Source: Torpedo marmorata (lineage: Eukaryota). Taken from it: a stretch of DNA of 64,000 bases. The stretch's first letter is position 1. Every line of letters begins with the position of its first letter. Location of the stretch: the NCBI GenBank assembly GCA_977017645.1, contig OZ360232.1, forward strand, positions 8,742,001 through 8,806,000. Direction: 5' to 3'. Positions 37,883 through 50,663 of the stretch are shown in pieces. The notes under the pieces were generated by a model that saw nothing but the letters and a program-made list of their open reading frames with translations, searched no databases and was not told the origin of the DNA. Both the position numbers and the translations under genes were made by a program.

Positions 37883-40800
37883 ATCAAGATTCAAGATTCC
37901 TTTATTGTCATGTAATAAAACAGAAAATGTAATATTACACAAAATTTCCTTTAGTCTACCGTAAGGCAGATGAAGATTCGCCATCAGCAGAAATTGCCTG
38001 GTTCCCCTTACAGTCAGAGAAAGAAAAGCAAAAGAGAGTCTCTCCAGAGTCACTGAGTGTCCATGGATTTGCCTCCAGTGCTCCCGCAGCCTCCGCAGCC
38101 ACACAGACTTTAGTCCAAACCATCGGCAACCCGAACTCCAGATCCAAACCCTCTGACACCATCAGGATGCTCTCAGTGCAATCGGCACCCTCTCGCATCT
38201 CGGTTCCGATAACTGGTACCCCTTCAGCCAGTCTTGAGCCAGTCTCCAGCGATCCGCAGCCTGGTGCGAGTCCCTTGACCGCAGTTGCCAGCAGCCCGCA
38301 GCCGGCATGGGTTCTCAAGTTTACAAGATATGGGAGCAGAAGTAGGCTGCTCCGACATTCTAATCATGAGCTGATCCATCCTCCCACTCAGCCCCACTCA
38401 CCGGCTTTCTCCCCGTAACCCTTGATGCCCTGACTAATCAAATACCTGTTCATCTCTGCCTTAAATACACCAAATGACCTCGCTTCCACAGCCGCCTGTA
38501 GCAACAAGTTCCACAGTCTCACGACCCTCTGACTAAAGAAATTTTCCGCAACTCTGTTTTAAATTGACGCCCTTTTATCCTGAAATTGTGCCCTCTTGTC
38601 TTAGAATTCCCTACTATGGGAAACATCCTTGCCACATCTACTCTGTCCAGGCCTTTCAACTTTTGAAATGCCTATGAGGTCCAAGAGCCGACAGTCGTTC
38701 CTCATATACTAACCCTTTCATTCCTGGTATCATTCCAGTAAAACTTGTCTGAACCCTCTCCAATGCCAGCACGTCTTTTCTCAAATACAGCGCCCAAAAC
38801 TGTACACAGTACTCCAAGTGAGGTCTCACCAGTGCTTTATAGAGTCTCAACATTACATCCCTGCTCTAGTATGCTATCCCTCAATAAATGAATGCCAATA
38901 TTGCATTCACCTTCTTCACCACCGACTCAACCTGGAGGTCAACCTTTCGGGTATCCTGCACAAGGGCTCCCAAGTCCCTTTGCACCTTGGAATTTTGAAT
39001 TTTCTCCCCATCTAAATAATAATCTGCCCATCTATTTCTTCTACCAAAGTGCATGACCGTACACTTTCCAACATTGTATTTCATCTGTCACCTCTTTTCC
39101 CATTCTCCTAATCTATCCAAGTCTCTCTGCAGCCTTTTGGTATCCTCAGCATCACCTTCCCTCCACCTATTTTGGTATCATCTGAAAATTTAGACACAAA
39201 GCCACCTATTCCATAATCCAAATCATTTATATACAACGTAAAAAGAAGCGGCCCCAACACCGACCCCTGCGGAACACCATTGGTAACCGGTAGCCAACCA
39301 GAATAGGATCCCTATATTCCTACTCTGTTTCCTGCCGATCAGCCAATGCTCTACCCATGCTAGTATCCTTCCTGTAATTCCATGGGCTCTCATCTTGTTT
39401 AGCACCTTGTCAAAGGCCTTTTGAAAGTCCAAATGCTCAACATCCACTGCATCTCCCGTCTATCCTACTTGTGATCTCTTCAAAAAATTGCCATATGTTT
39501 GTCAGGCATGATTTCCTTTAAGGAAACCATGCCAACTTGGGCCTATCTTTTCATGCACCTCCAGGTATTCCGTAATCTCATCCTTGACAATCGACTCCAA
39601 CAGCTTCCCAAACACCGACGTCAGGCTATAATTTCCTTTCTGCTGCCTCGCTCCCTTCTTAAACAGTGGAGTGACATTTGTGATCCTCCAGTCCACCGGA
39701 ACCATGCCAGACTCCATTGATTCCTGTAAGATCATTACCAATGCCTCCACAATCTCTACAGCTACCTCCTTCAGAACCCAAAGGTGCATTTCATCCGGTC
39801 CAGGAGACTTATCTACCCTTAGACCATTTAGCTTCCCAAGTACCTTCTCTCTCGTGATCTTGACTGCACTCACTTCTCTTCCCAGAGAGCCATGAGAGTC
39901 CGGTATGCTACTAATGTCTTCCACAGTGAAGACTGATCCAAAATATTCATTCAGTTCCTCTGCCATCTCCTTGTCTCCCATTACAATTTCTCCAGCGTCA
40001 TTTTCTATTGGTCCTATGTCTACTTTGGTCACTCTTTTACTCTTTATATATTTAAAAAAGCTTTTAGTATCCTCTTTGATATTACTTGCTAACCTCCTTT
40101 CATAATTCATCTTTTCCTTCCTAATCACCTTCTTTGCTGTCTTCTCCAAGTTTTTAAAAGTTTCCCAGTCCTCTATCTTCCCGCTTATTGTATGCCCTCT
40201 CTTTTGCTTTTACTTTGGCTTTAACTTCCCTCGTCAGCCATAATTATCTAATTTTTCCATTCACAATTTGCTTTGTTTTTGGCGTGTGCCTGTCCTGCAC
40301 TTTCCTCATTTCGTGCATAAACTCCAGCCACTGCTTATATGCTGTCCTCCCCATTAGTGTGTTTTTCCAATCGACTTTGACCAGTTACTTTCTCATGCCA
40401 CTGTATTTTCCTTTACTCCACTGAAATACCAACACATCGGACTCTTGCCTCTCCTTTTCAAATTTCAAAGTGAACTCAATCATTTTGTGATCACTGCCTC
40501 CTTTACCTTAAGCTCTCTAATCACCTCTGGTCCATTACACAGAACCCAATCCAGAACAGCCGATCCCCTGGTGGGCTCATCAACTGATACCCACTCTGAC
40601 CTCACGTCGAGTCCCAATAGCCCCCTGCCTCTGTGTTCTTCAGCCTCAGAGCCCTTCGCTCGTCCACCGATGTGGTCACCATCCCGAGGGTCGCCTCCTC
40701 TGTTTCTCCTTCTCAAACCGGGGTGTGATCTCCCTGTTTTCTGGTGCCCTGCACCAGTCCTCTCTTTCCCCGGAGTCTGCAACCCTTCGTGGCCACTGCC

Positions 40801-41003
40801 GAACATAAGCACCACCATCTTGGCCCAAACCCAATGGCCACATGATTTTAAAGTAAACCACTGTCGGCTCCTTTAACAGGCCGTTTAAAGCCTGTACAGA
40901 GCTGACAGCAGTCGGACTGGGTAGTTGGACCCCTCGGGGAACGCTGTGTCTCCGCTCCCCAGCAGCAGCTCTGCCGTTACAGCTCTGGCAGTGCCGCCAT
41001 TTA
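37883..41003 (-). mobile_element. Non-coding retroposon with (TGAATCT)n tail, split by a CR1 into 37883-38316 and 40600-41003
   Basis: Both halves are colinear with the uninterrupted copy at 42569-43408. Confidence 0.8.
38317..40585 (-). mobile_element. CR1 LINE, 5'-truncated and degenerate
   Basis: ORFs containing KSPGPD, LDFQKAFDK and LVRPHLEYCVQFW; 3' UTR toward 38317. Confidence 0.93.
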
Positions 41004-41149
41004 TTTTTAATGCATGCCAGCTCTCAGAACAATCCCTTTCCACCACATATTTTACTGGAATCTACTCTCTTGCACAAGTCCATTAACTGCCCTATCTCTA
41101 AACCATTGCCCAGCTGTTCACACTGGGAGTAAGTTATAGTGACCAATAA

Positions 41150-41328
41150 AGTCTGGAATGCATTGCTAGGGGTGGTGGTGAAAACTCTTAGATCAGCACA
41201 TGGATGTGAGAAAAATAGAGGGTTATGTGTGTTAGGTAGGAAAGGATTAGATTGTTGTGAGGAGATTTATACAGGCCAGCATAATATTGTGAGCCAAAGG
41301 GCTTGTGCTGTAATGCTCTCTGTTCTTA
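41150..41328 (+). mobile_element. CR1 3' terminal fragment
   Basis: VWNAL motif and 3' UTR similar to 48270-48440. Confidence 0.6.
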
Positions 41329-42568
41329 ATGGGGCATTTATTGAGAAGGAGCTACTTGCTGGATCGAATTCCACCAATACAAATCGGAACTGCAGAATAC
41401 AAGAAAATATGAGAAGGAGTCAGCCACCGGGCACCTCAATCCTGCCTCACCATTTAATGTGATAACAGCTGATCTGTCCTAGGTCACAACTCCTATTCCA
41501 GTTCTCCATAACTGTCCATTCCCAGTGTTTTCTAAATTGTAGCTGCTTCCTCCATAAGTATCTTCAATAATCTCACCTCTGCAACCTACCTGGGTAAAAA
41601 AATTCCAGAGATCCATCATCATTTGTGAAAAGAATCGTACCACAAGCCATTTGAAATGATTACTGTTAAGTCCCTTGAAAAAGCAAGGCGTTGCAATTTA
41701 TCTGATCCAAAGTTGATACATTTGTACAGCGAAGACAAGCATGAGGTTAATTGCAGTAAAAACTAAAGTAAACTATTTAACTCCAGTACAGATTCTGAAA
41801 TGTTCTGAATGTCTGTGCAAATAAAAATCTGTTGTCATAGTCCATGGGAAGAATCTTATTTATTCACCAGCATCATGTACATGCCAATATCGCCCACATC
41901 TTTCAGTTATGTTTCCTTCTGGAGAAGTAAATCTGCAGAATTGAGTGCTGCCCACTTAAGCCGAAAAACTAAAACTGATTCCAAGGCATAAATGGAGAGA
42001 TTTTGTTAATTTCTCCTGGAGTTCATTGTCCTCATCTCAAAACCACTGAGTATAGTTTGGACAGCTGTTTTGTGCTCTGACAATTTTACCAGGGGCTAAT
42101 TTGGTGAACGAATCCCTCAACCTCTTTAATTATTTTAGGGCTCTTTTTGAATCTCTTTAAAGATTTGAACAGCTGGTGTTGGATGCTGTTGTGCTTGGTG
42201 CTATAGTGTCTTGGTTTGCCCGTTGCTATGCCGTTGCTAGGCTTGAGTGCAGACGTTACATATCTGACAAAGGACAATCTGATGGAGAGAAGCAGATGGA
42301 AGGAAAACAGTCCCAGAGGAGAAATTAATCAAGAGTACGGTAATCCTTCTCATAAATAATGGAAAATAATTTATCTTAACATCCAAAGGAAGGAGAGATC
42401 TATATTTTTGACATCATGTAAACTTTACATCCGATTGTTTTGTTGTACATTTTGAGACATGAAATACTGCTAAGAGATGTTTATGTTTCCAACAGCATAG
42501 GAGGATTGGCAATGAAATCTTATTCTTTCTGGGAGCATAGAAAAAAATTACAGATTTTTTTCAGAACT

Positions 42569-43408
42569 TCAAGATTCAAGATTCAAGATTCAATTTATTG
42601 TCATAGTAATAAAACAGTGTCATATTCCATGAAATTTCTTTTTGCCTGCTGCAAGGCAGACAGATTCGCCACCGGCAGAAATTGCCGAAGAACCTCTAAC
42701 ATTCCTTACAGTCAGAGAAAGAGAAGCAAAAGAGAGTCCCCCCAGAGTCACCTAGTGTCCATAGATTCACCTCCAGCGCTTCCGCAACCTTCGCAGCCAC
42801 ACAGAGTCCAGTCCAAACCATCGGCAACCCGAGCTCCAGATCCGAACCTCCGACACATCAGGTCGCCCTCGGCACCCCCTCACATCCTGGTTCCAATACC
42901 TGGTACTCCTCCAGCCAGTTCGAGCCATCCTCCAGCAGTCCGCAGCCCGGCGTGAGTCCCCCGACAGCAGTCTCCAGCAGCCCACAGCCTCTGTGGGTTC
43001 CTCGCCTCGAGTCGCCAGCAGCCCGCCGCATGCACTGGTCCTTCAGCCTCAGAGCCCCTCACTGGTCTGCTGCCGTGGTCACCGTCCCGTGGGTCGTCTC
43101 CTCCGCTTCTCCTTCTCAGACGGGGGGTGATCTTCCCATCCTCTGCTGCCCTGCTCCAGTCCTCTGCTTCCCCGGAATCTGCAGCCCCTCGTGGCTGCTG
43201 CTGATTAATAGGCGCTGCCATCTTGGGCGCAGACCCCGCGGTCGCGGGATCTTAAATAAAACCACCGTCAGCTCCTTTAATGGGCCGTTCAAAGCCCGTG
43301 CGGAGCCGACGGCAGTCGACTGGGTGGCTGGACCACGTGGGAGCACTGTATCTCCGCTCCTCGCTCCCCACGGGTCCGCAGCAGCAGCAGCGCTGCCGTT
43401 ACAGCACT
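42569..43408 (-). mobile_element. Non-coding retroposon (~840 bp) with Rex1-like tail
   Basis: GACAATAAA followed by (TTGAATC)n tail, GC-rich body, no RT motifs. Second copy at 37883-41003. Confidence 0.75.
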
Positions 43409-43537
43409 TATGTTCCATCCATTTTATTGTTGATAAAGTCGAATTTTACCACCAAAGCACACATCCATAAAACTGACCTTACCAAGAGCTGACTCAATTT
43501 ATCAAAGTTTTACAATGAGGTTGGGTTTCTCTAAATA

Positions 43538-43780
43538 GGGCGGCACGGTTAGTGTAGCGGTTAGCACAATGTTATCACAGCGACAGCGACCAGAGTTCGA
43601 ATCCAGCGCTGTCTGTAAGGAGTTTGCAGTTCTTCCCGTGTCTGCGTGAGTTTCCTCTGGGTGATCCGGTTTCCTCCCACCCTTCAAAAATGTACTCGGG
43701 TTGTAGGTTAATTTGGGTATTTGAGCGGGACGGGCTCATGGACCAGAAGGACCTGTTACCATGCTGTATGTCTAAATTTA
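43538..43780 (+). mobile_element. V-SINE
   Basis: Colinear with 7410-7658. Confidence 0.9.
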
Positions 43781-43826
43781 GAAAAAAATAATTCATTACA
43801 GAGAATCATTGGGATCACAGAACTGC

Positions 43827-43965
43827 TACAGTACAGAGGGCCATTCACCCATTACAGTACAGCAGAGGGCCATTCACCCATTACAGTACAGCAGAGGGCC
43901 ATTCACCCATTACAGTACAGCAGAGGGCCATTCACCCATTACAGTACAGAGGGCCATTCACCCAT
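43827..43965. repeat. 26/29-bp tandem repeat, 5 units
   Basis: TACAGTACAG(CAG)AGGGCCATTCACCCAT; unit lengths 26-29-29-29-26. Confidence 0.93.
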
Positions 43966-44174
43966 TGTATCAACTTCAGCTTCTGGTAAATCAATCCGAT
44001 CAATCTCATTCATGCCTTATTTTATCTTAGTCCTGCAAATTATTTTCATTTAATTGCCTATTCATTTCCTTTCAAAAGTCCTGATATTTTTTTTCTCTTT
44101 CTACTATCTCAGTGGGCAGTGAGTTCTAAATCATAACTGCTTTGTACATAAAACAATCTTGCTCACACCTAACC

Positions 44175-44965
44175 TAGAACATAGAAGAATACTGCAGAGA
44201 AACAGGCCCTTCAGCCCACTAAGTCTGTAATTACGATGCCAGTCTAAACCAAACCTATCTTTTGTTCCTGGTCCGTATCCCTCTATTCTATGGATGGCAC
44301 GGTTAGCGCAATGCTATTACAGCGTCAACGACCCAGGTTCGAATCTGGAGCTATCTATAAGGAGTTTGTACGTTCTCCCCGTGTCTGCGTGGGTTTCCTC
44401 CGGGTGCTCTGGTTTCCTCCCACCTTTCAAAATGTACAGGGTTTGTAGGTTAATTGGGGTATTGGGCAGCATGGGCTCATGGGTCAGGAGGGCCTGTTAC
44501 CGTGCGCTATATGTCTACATTAAAAAAAAAAATCCTACCTGTTCATGTGTCTGTCTACATCCCTCTTGAACGTTGCCAACATATCTACTTCTACTGCCTT
44601 CCCGGCCAGTGTGTTCCAGGCAGCTACCTATCTCTGTGAAAAAACTGGCTCACAAATTTCATAAACAGAGACTTTCGAAAAGTACTGCACAGGACAGTTC
44701 TTCTTTAAACTTTCCCATTCACCTTAAACCAGTGCCTTCAGGTATTCAACATTTTCACCCAAGGAGAAAGACTCAGACTATCTACCCCTCTCACAATTAA
44801 ATATAGAATTATAGAAAATGGAATCAGGAGAAGGCCATTCAGCCCTTTCGAGCCTGCACCACCATTCAACATGATCATTGCTGGTCACATGACTTCAGTA
44901 CCCTGTTCCTGCTTCTCTCCACACCCCTTGATCCCTTTAGTCGTAAGGGCCACATCTTTTTGAAT
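44175..44965 (-). mobile_element. Two CR1 3' end fragments, the first interrupted by a SINE
   Basis: AGAAACAGGCCCTTCAGCCCA and AGGCCATTCAGCCC tails resembling 2912-3352. Confidence 0.65.
44292..44531 (+). mobile_element. V-SINE
   Basis: Colinear with 7410-7658; A-rich tail. Confidence 0.9.
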
Positions 44966-44973
44966 ATATCTAG

Positions 44974-46155
44974 TGTTACGAACTAACAAACCTTGCTAGT
45001 ACTAACAAAGAAACAGCAATGGAATATGCACCAGACAATGGTAAATTCAAAAATAGTTTTTATTTAAACTATTAATAACATAACATATCTTACTTATCTC
45101 TAAACTTAACTCTAACTTAAACCCCACTATGAGCAAATGTAAATGTGTGTGTGTGTTAAAGTCCAAAATATTTTAGTTTAAACTTAATTCTGAAAAAGTC
45201 AATTTTTAAAGTCCAGTTTCCAACTTCTTTTGTTGAACTTCAGGATCCCTTTAAATTGTGATTCAGAAATTATTATAAAGCAAGAATGGAATATTCAATT
45301 TCTTTCAAACTCACACGTCTTTTGATGAGTTGTCTTTCAGAGATAGTCTTCATACGAGTGTTCACAAGGTTTCCCCTATCTTGTTAGGGTTACGGAACTG
45401 TAATCTTCAAAATGATTTCTTTCCTAATCAGGAGTAACATACGCTGATGTCCTCTTTTCTTAGAAACAATTTGAAAGTGGTCTTACTTATTTTAAAAGCC
45501 ACTTATATGGTGTATCTCCTATGATAAGGATAATACACAGAACAGCACCTCCTCACTCAGAGATCACTGTTCAGACTTAATTCTGCCTTTCCAGAATATT
45601 AATGTTCTTCAGACTTTATATCTTCGTCTTTCCGAAGTGTCAGAGTTTTCTCCAGTCTGGTTCAATCTGCCTTAAAATGTCTATCTGCTTTCCTTATATA
45701 TTTCTGACATCATGTGACATTACATCACCACAATTTTAGTTTCATTTTCAGAAAGCATTACCTCATGCCTTTCTTCAAAATCACTTACATCTGACCTCAT
45801 CTCTGTTCCAAGAGGTTTAAGTGATTACGACTCCGAATAGTCTGGCATATGTCACTCAAATGGCACTTGAGTTTGCAACAGCTGCTATCATAAGGCTTTT
45901 AAAAACCACTTCAGTTTTTAAATCACTTAAATGTCTTTAAGCAACCACTTCAGGTTTTATGGCTTTTGCCTTTCATAGACGCATCGACTCCGAAATCTCC
46001 CAGCTGCAATATCTTTCTCTCAGTAATAGTTTTTTTCTGCAAATGTGCCGTGACCTGTGTGTGACCCTGTACCAGCCCACAACTAACCTTACTAAGATAT
46101 CTAATTCTATAACTTAACTTTAAATATTAATATTAACATTAACACATCCGTTACA
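44974..46155 (-). mobile_element. Solo LTR, 1182 bp
   Basis: Termini TGTTACG...CGTTACA, 4-bp TSD CTAG at 44970-73 and 46156-59, no ORF. Orientation inferred from the minus-strand AATAAA near 45059-45064. Confidence 0.75.
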
Positions 46156-47678
46156 CTAGTGAATTTTAAATACTTCTATCGACTGCTGCTCTCAGTTGCC
46201 TTCCTTGTAGCTAATACACTTCAATCCAGACATCACCTTGGTGAATCTTTGCTGCACTCTCTCTAAACCTCCACATCCTTCCTATAATGAGGCAACCAGA
46301 ATTGCACATGATAATCCAAATGTCGACTAACCAATGTTTTATAAATTGCAATAGAACTGCCCAGCTTTTATACTCAAGCTTGTATCTTTTGTCTGAATTG
46401 TTGAATATGTGCTGCTATTGATGACGATTCCTCCATTTACTTTGTCAATATCAGTCCTAATCATATACTTTCATTTAATCTTTTCTCATACTTCTCATAC
46501 TCATGCAAAGAAAATAAACCCAGCTTTTTCAGTCAAATGTTGTAGCTTAAATACAGTATCCCTGGAACCAGACTGGTTCATCTTTTCTGGACACTACTCT
46601 GAATATGGAGTAGATTTTTAAGGATCTGTCTTAGAAAAGCAGCCTGTCACCTGGAAGCAATGGTATAAGATGTAACCACAAGCCAGTATCCTATTACTGT
46701 ACCTCAATGTGCATATGAATTCCAGTGCTTTGAATTATTAAAGCACATTACCATCATTCACTACACTTTTTAAAAAGAACATTTATTGGTAAAATAAACC
46801 TCCAAAGCAAATACTATAATTTTATGGTTTTTTTAGGATATCTTTGAGAAAGTGGTGGCGGGTTTACTTCTTGAGGTAACAGTATTTCTGCAATGCTGTT
46901 GGCCATAAATTTTCAGGAATATTTCTGACATCAGCTCAATTACAGGCTGCATCACAAAGACAAATGGGGAGAGTTGTTTGTGGTGAGGCAGACCGTGAAA
47001 CAGTGGCAAGGATGCAACAAAACACTATCTGCATTGTTCAAAATTTATTTAAATGAACTATTGTGACTTCTGTCTTTCAAGAGGCATCCTTTTTTATTTC
47101 ATTTAATTGTTGTAATGAAAATATATTATAGTTTGTGCTTTCTAATCATTACATTTTATTATCTATTTTCCAACACACTTCATTTAAGAGTTTGTTTTTT
47201 TCCCCAATGTTCTAGTTTCTGGGAAGATTTTCCTTGTTTAGGCTCGTCTTACATTGTTGGCTAAAAGTACATCAGGAATTTTAATGAAAATTCCTCTGTC
47301 AATGAGACTCTCAAAAAACTCAGCATAAAAACATCATGAACACCATACACAATTCAAATAAAGTACAAGACATGCAAATTATATTTTCCAGCAATAGCTC
47401 TGACTTGCATTTCTCAGTCTTCATCTGTTCCTTTGTCTGAACATCAAAATCAAATCAGCTGTTAGAAATCTGAAATAAAACAAAGCGCTAGAAACATATA
47501 ACAGGCAAGGCAGCATCTGTGTAAAAGAGAAATAGAGTTAACATTTCAGATCAAATACCATCTTTTTCTGTTTTTTTAATGTCTCTCTGTTGCCATTGGG
47601 AAATTCTGGTATTATTCAATCAGATATATTTCCTTTATTCTATCCCTCCTCCATCTTTCTCGTGGCAACTTGAAACTA

Positions 47679-47875
47679 CAGTAAAATCCCCATTATCCGG
47701 AATTCAAGCAAATGGCAGCCTCAAGCAACCGGCAAAAAAATTGCAGAAAATAAATACCGGTAGGTAAAAAAATACGAAAGTTTAAAATTGGTGCCCCTTA
47801 GAGGTCAGTTCACCAATCATGCAATACACAATCTCAAACAACCAGAAAATTCATTTATCCGGTATTTTATCCAGG
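47679..47875. mobile_element. Partial Tigger-like MITE
   Basis: TA|CAGTAAAATCCCCATTATCCGG terminus with internal AGCAACCGG/TTATCCGG repeats. Other TIR not found. Confidence 0.5.
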
Positions 47876-47964
47876 AGTTATGCTGTATCTCACTTTCTCT
47901 TTTTCCACATACTAACCAAAAACGTTAACTGACACACAACATCTCCTCACTTATCAGGAAAGCA

Positions 47965-49198
47965 CATTATTATAGGAAGGATGTGGAAGCTATGGAGAGG
48001 GTACAGAAGAGATTTACCAGGATGTTGCCTGGATTGGAAAACAAGTCTTATGAGGCAAGGTTAGCAGAGCTGGGACTTTTCTCTTTGGAGCGTAGAAGAA
48101 TGAGAGGAGACTTGATAGAGTTCTACAAGATTATGAGACGCATAGATAGGGTGGAAAGCCAGTGCCTGTTTCCCAGGGCAGGATCAGCAAACACCATGTA
48201 CAAAGTTAAGGGAGGGAAGTTTAGGGGAAACATCAGGGGTAAGTCTTTTACACAGAGAGTTGTGGGTGCCTGGAATGCCTTGCCGAGGATGGTGGTGGAG
48301 GCTGAAACATTGGGGGCATTTAAGAGACTCTTAGACAGACACATGGCTGAAAGAAAAATAGAGGGTTACGGGGTAGGGAGGGTTTAGTACTTTTTTTTTA
48401 GGAAGGAATATATGGGTCAGCACAACATCGAGGGCTGAAGTTTTAGATGTAATAGTGAACAAGGTTCTTTTGTACACTCTACGTGGCTTTTGTACACTCT
48501 ACGAGGCTTTGTCCAAAGATATATGCTTTTTGGATAAAAGTTAAAAAGTTTTTGGACAAAGTGTTAGGAATCACACTCCCAATGAATCCTATGATATTTT
48601 TGTTTGGGGATATTAAAATAATTAGTATTAAAATGAGATTAAATATGTATCAAATAGAATTTTTGTGAATTGCTTTAGCTGTTTCAAAAAAATGCATAGG
48701 TATTACATGGAAGTCCGATGTAGATTTAGGGTTAGAAAGATGGCATGCAGAACTTCGTTCATGTATACCACTTGAAAAAATTACTTATAATTTACGTAAT
48801 AAATATCATTTATTTTTGATGGTATGGAGCCCATATACAAAAATTGTGGGTTTAAAGATTTGAAGATCTCTCGATATTAGGTCTAGATGGTGAACCTGTG
48901 TTCCACAATATAATCAATATATAGTAGTTTTTATTTAGATTGACATTCTCCAATTACTATCTCTTTTGTTCTTTTTCTTTTTTTCTCTAAACTATATTAG
49001 AGTAGTAGGGGTGGGTGGGTTAGGGAGGGGAAAGGGAGGGAGGGGAGGGTGAAAATATATCACATGTATTTTGATAATTCGATATTTTATAAACATATAT
49101 TATCGTGTGATTTAAAACTTTAAATAAAATATTAAATAAACAAACATCGAGGGCCGAATGGGCCTGTACGGGGCTGCATTATTCTATGTTCTATGTTC
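47965..49198 (+). mobile_element. CR1 3' end interrupted by an L1/Tx1 fragment
   Basis: ORF 47983-48387 (ERVQKRFTRMLPG...). The tail TTCTATGTTCTATG resumes at 49143-49198. Confidence 0.9.
48440..49142 (+). mobile_element. L1/Tx1 3' fragment with 16-bp TSD
   Basis: TSD AACATCGAGGGCYGAA at 48424-39 and 49143-58; ORF2 C-terminus, G-rich 3' UTR and AATAAA. Confidence 0.88.
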
Positions 49199-49789
49199 CT
49201 CAGAAGACTGAAGTGGGCAAGGCGACCGCCCACGATATTGTCAACCTTCTTCAGCAGCTCTATCGAGAGCGTCCTGGCCGGCTGCATCACAGTGTGGTAC
49301 GGTTGCTGCAGAGAAATGGATCAGAGGTCAATCCACAGGACCATAAGAGTGGCAGAGATGATCACTGGAGTCTCCCTCCCCCGCCATGGACGTGATCTAC
49401 CGGGATCATTGTCTGAAGAGGGCACACAAAATCTTTGAGGACCCCTCCCACCCCGCACACAGCATCTTTCAGCTGCTCCCGTCGGGGAAGAGATACAGGA
49501 GTATCAGAGCCAGCACCACCAGGCTGAGGAACAGCTTCTTCCCACGGGCAGTGAGAATGCTGAACGACCAAAGGAACTGCTCACACTAACCTTCCAAGAT
49601 TCTCATACTCACAAAACAGTATTTATTTACTTATTTGCATATATGAATTTTTGTCCTGCATATGTATTGTTTGTCTGTATGTGTGTTATGTCTGGTTGTG
49701 TGTCTGCGTGTTTTGCACAGAGCACCGGACAACACTGTTTCGTCGGGTTGTACTTGTACAATCAGATGACAATAAACTTGACTTGACTT
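49197..49789 (+). mobile_element. Rex1/Babar 3' fragment
   Basis: FLRRLK...IESVLAGCITVWYG...HPAHSIFQLLPSGKRYRS and (GACTT)n tail. Confidence 0.9.
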
Positions 49790-50100
49790 TTCCCTGCAAC
49801 TGCCCAACTTGTTGAGTATTTCCAGCAAATACTATTTTTATTTGTTTTAAATGAGTAGATAATATGTTTTAAGTGTTGATGAAGAAGTTTTGGCTTGGAT
49901 ATTTCTGCAAATGTAACTGCAGTGTCATGTTGCATTAGAAGATTCATGAAACACATGGTAGTTAAAAGTGAGTGAAGATGTGTGGGTTTGAAATCAGATG
50001 GCCCAGAATTAATGGAATTGATGAAGGAATAGTGGTGCTTGGTAAGTTTCTAAAGTTCACCCAAGGGAAGAGCTAGTTGTGGATTATCAAGGTCATCATT

Positions 50101-50663
50101 TTTTAAAAAATAATTTATTTAAAATTTTAAATCACAGAATACATAAAATAAAATATGAAATTATTAATATATTTGTGATACATTTTCAGCCCCCCTCCCA
50201 CCCTTCCCTCCCCAACCCTCCCAACCACACTAATCTAATAAAATAAAATAAAATATAAAAGAAAAGAAAAGAAAAGAAAGAAAAAGATAGAGTAAGGAGA
50301 ATGTCAATCTAAAAAGAAATACATCTATAGACTAATTCTATTATGGAGGTCAGGTAGCCAGTAGATCCGATGTCTAGAGATCTTCAAATCCTTAAACCAA
50401 CAACTTTCATATATGGGCTCCAAATTTTTAAAAAGAAATGATATTTATTACGTAAATTGTAAGTAATTTTTTCAAGTGGTATACACAAACGAAGTTCTGC
50501 ATGCCATCTTTCTAACCCTAAATCTACATCAGATTTCCAAGTAATAGCAATACATTTCTTTGAAACAGCTAAAGCAATTCGCAAAAATTCTATTTGATAC
50601 ATATTTAATTTCATCTTAATACTAAATTTTCTAATATCTCCAAACACAAATATCATAGGATCC
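50101..50663 (-). mobile_element. L1/Tx1 3' fragment with 18-bp TSD
   Basis: TSD ATTATCAAGGTCATCATT at 50083-50100 and 50664-50681; ORF 50384-50689. Confidence 0.9.

Noticed and set aside
42440-43492. Overlapping Pro/Ser-rich ORFs
   Set aside because: GC-rich repeat sequence. The frames are not preserved in the second copy.
46838-46982. Two small plus-strand exon candidates
   Set aside because: Only about 40 nt apart, which is too short for an intron, and the peptides are unrecognised.
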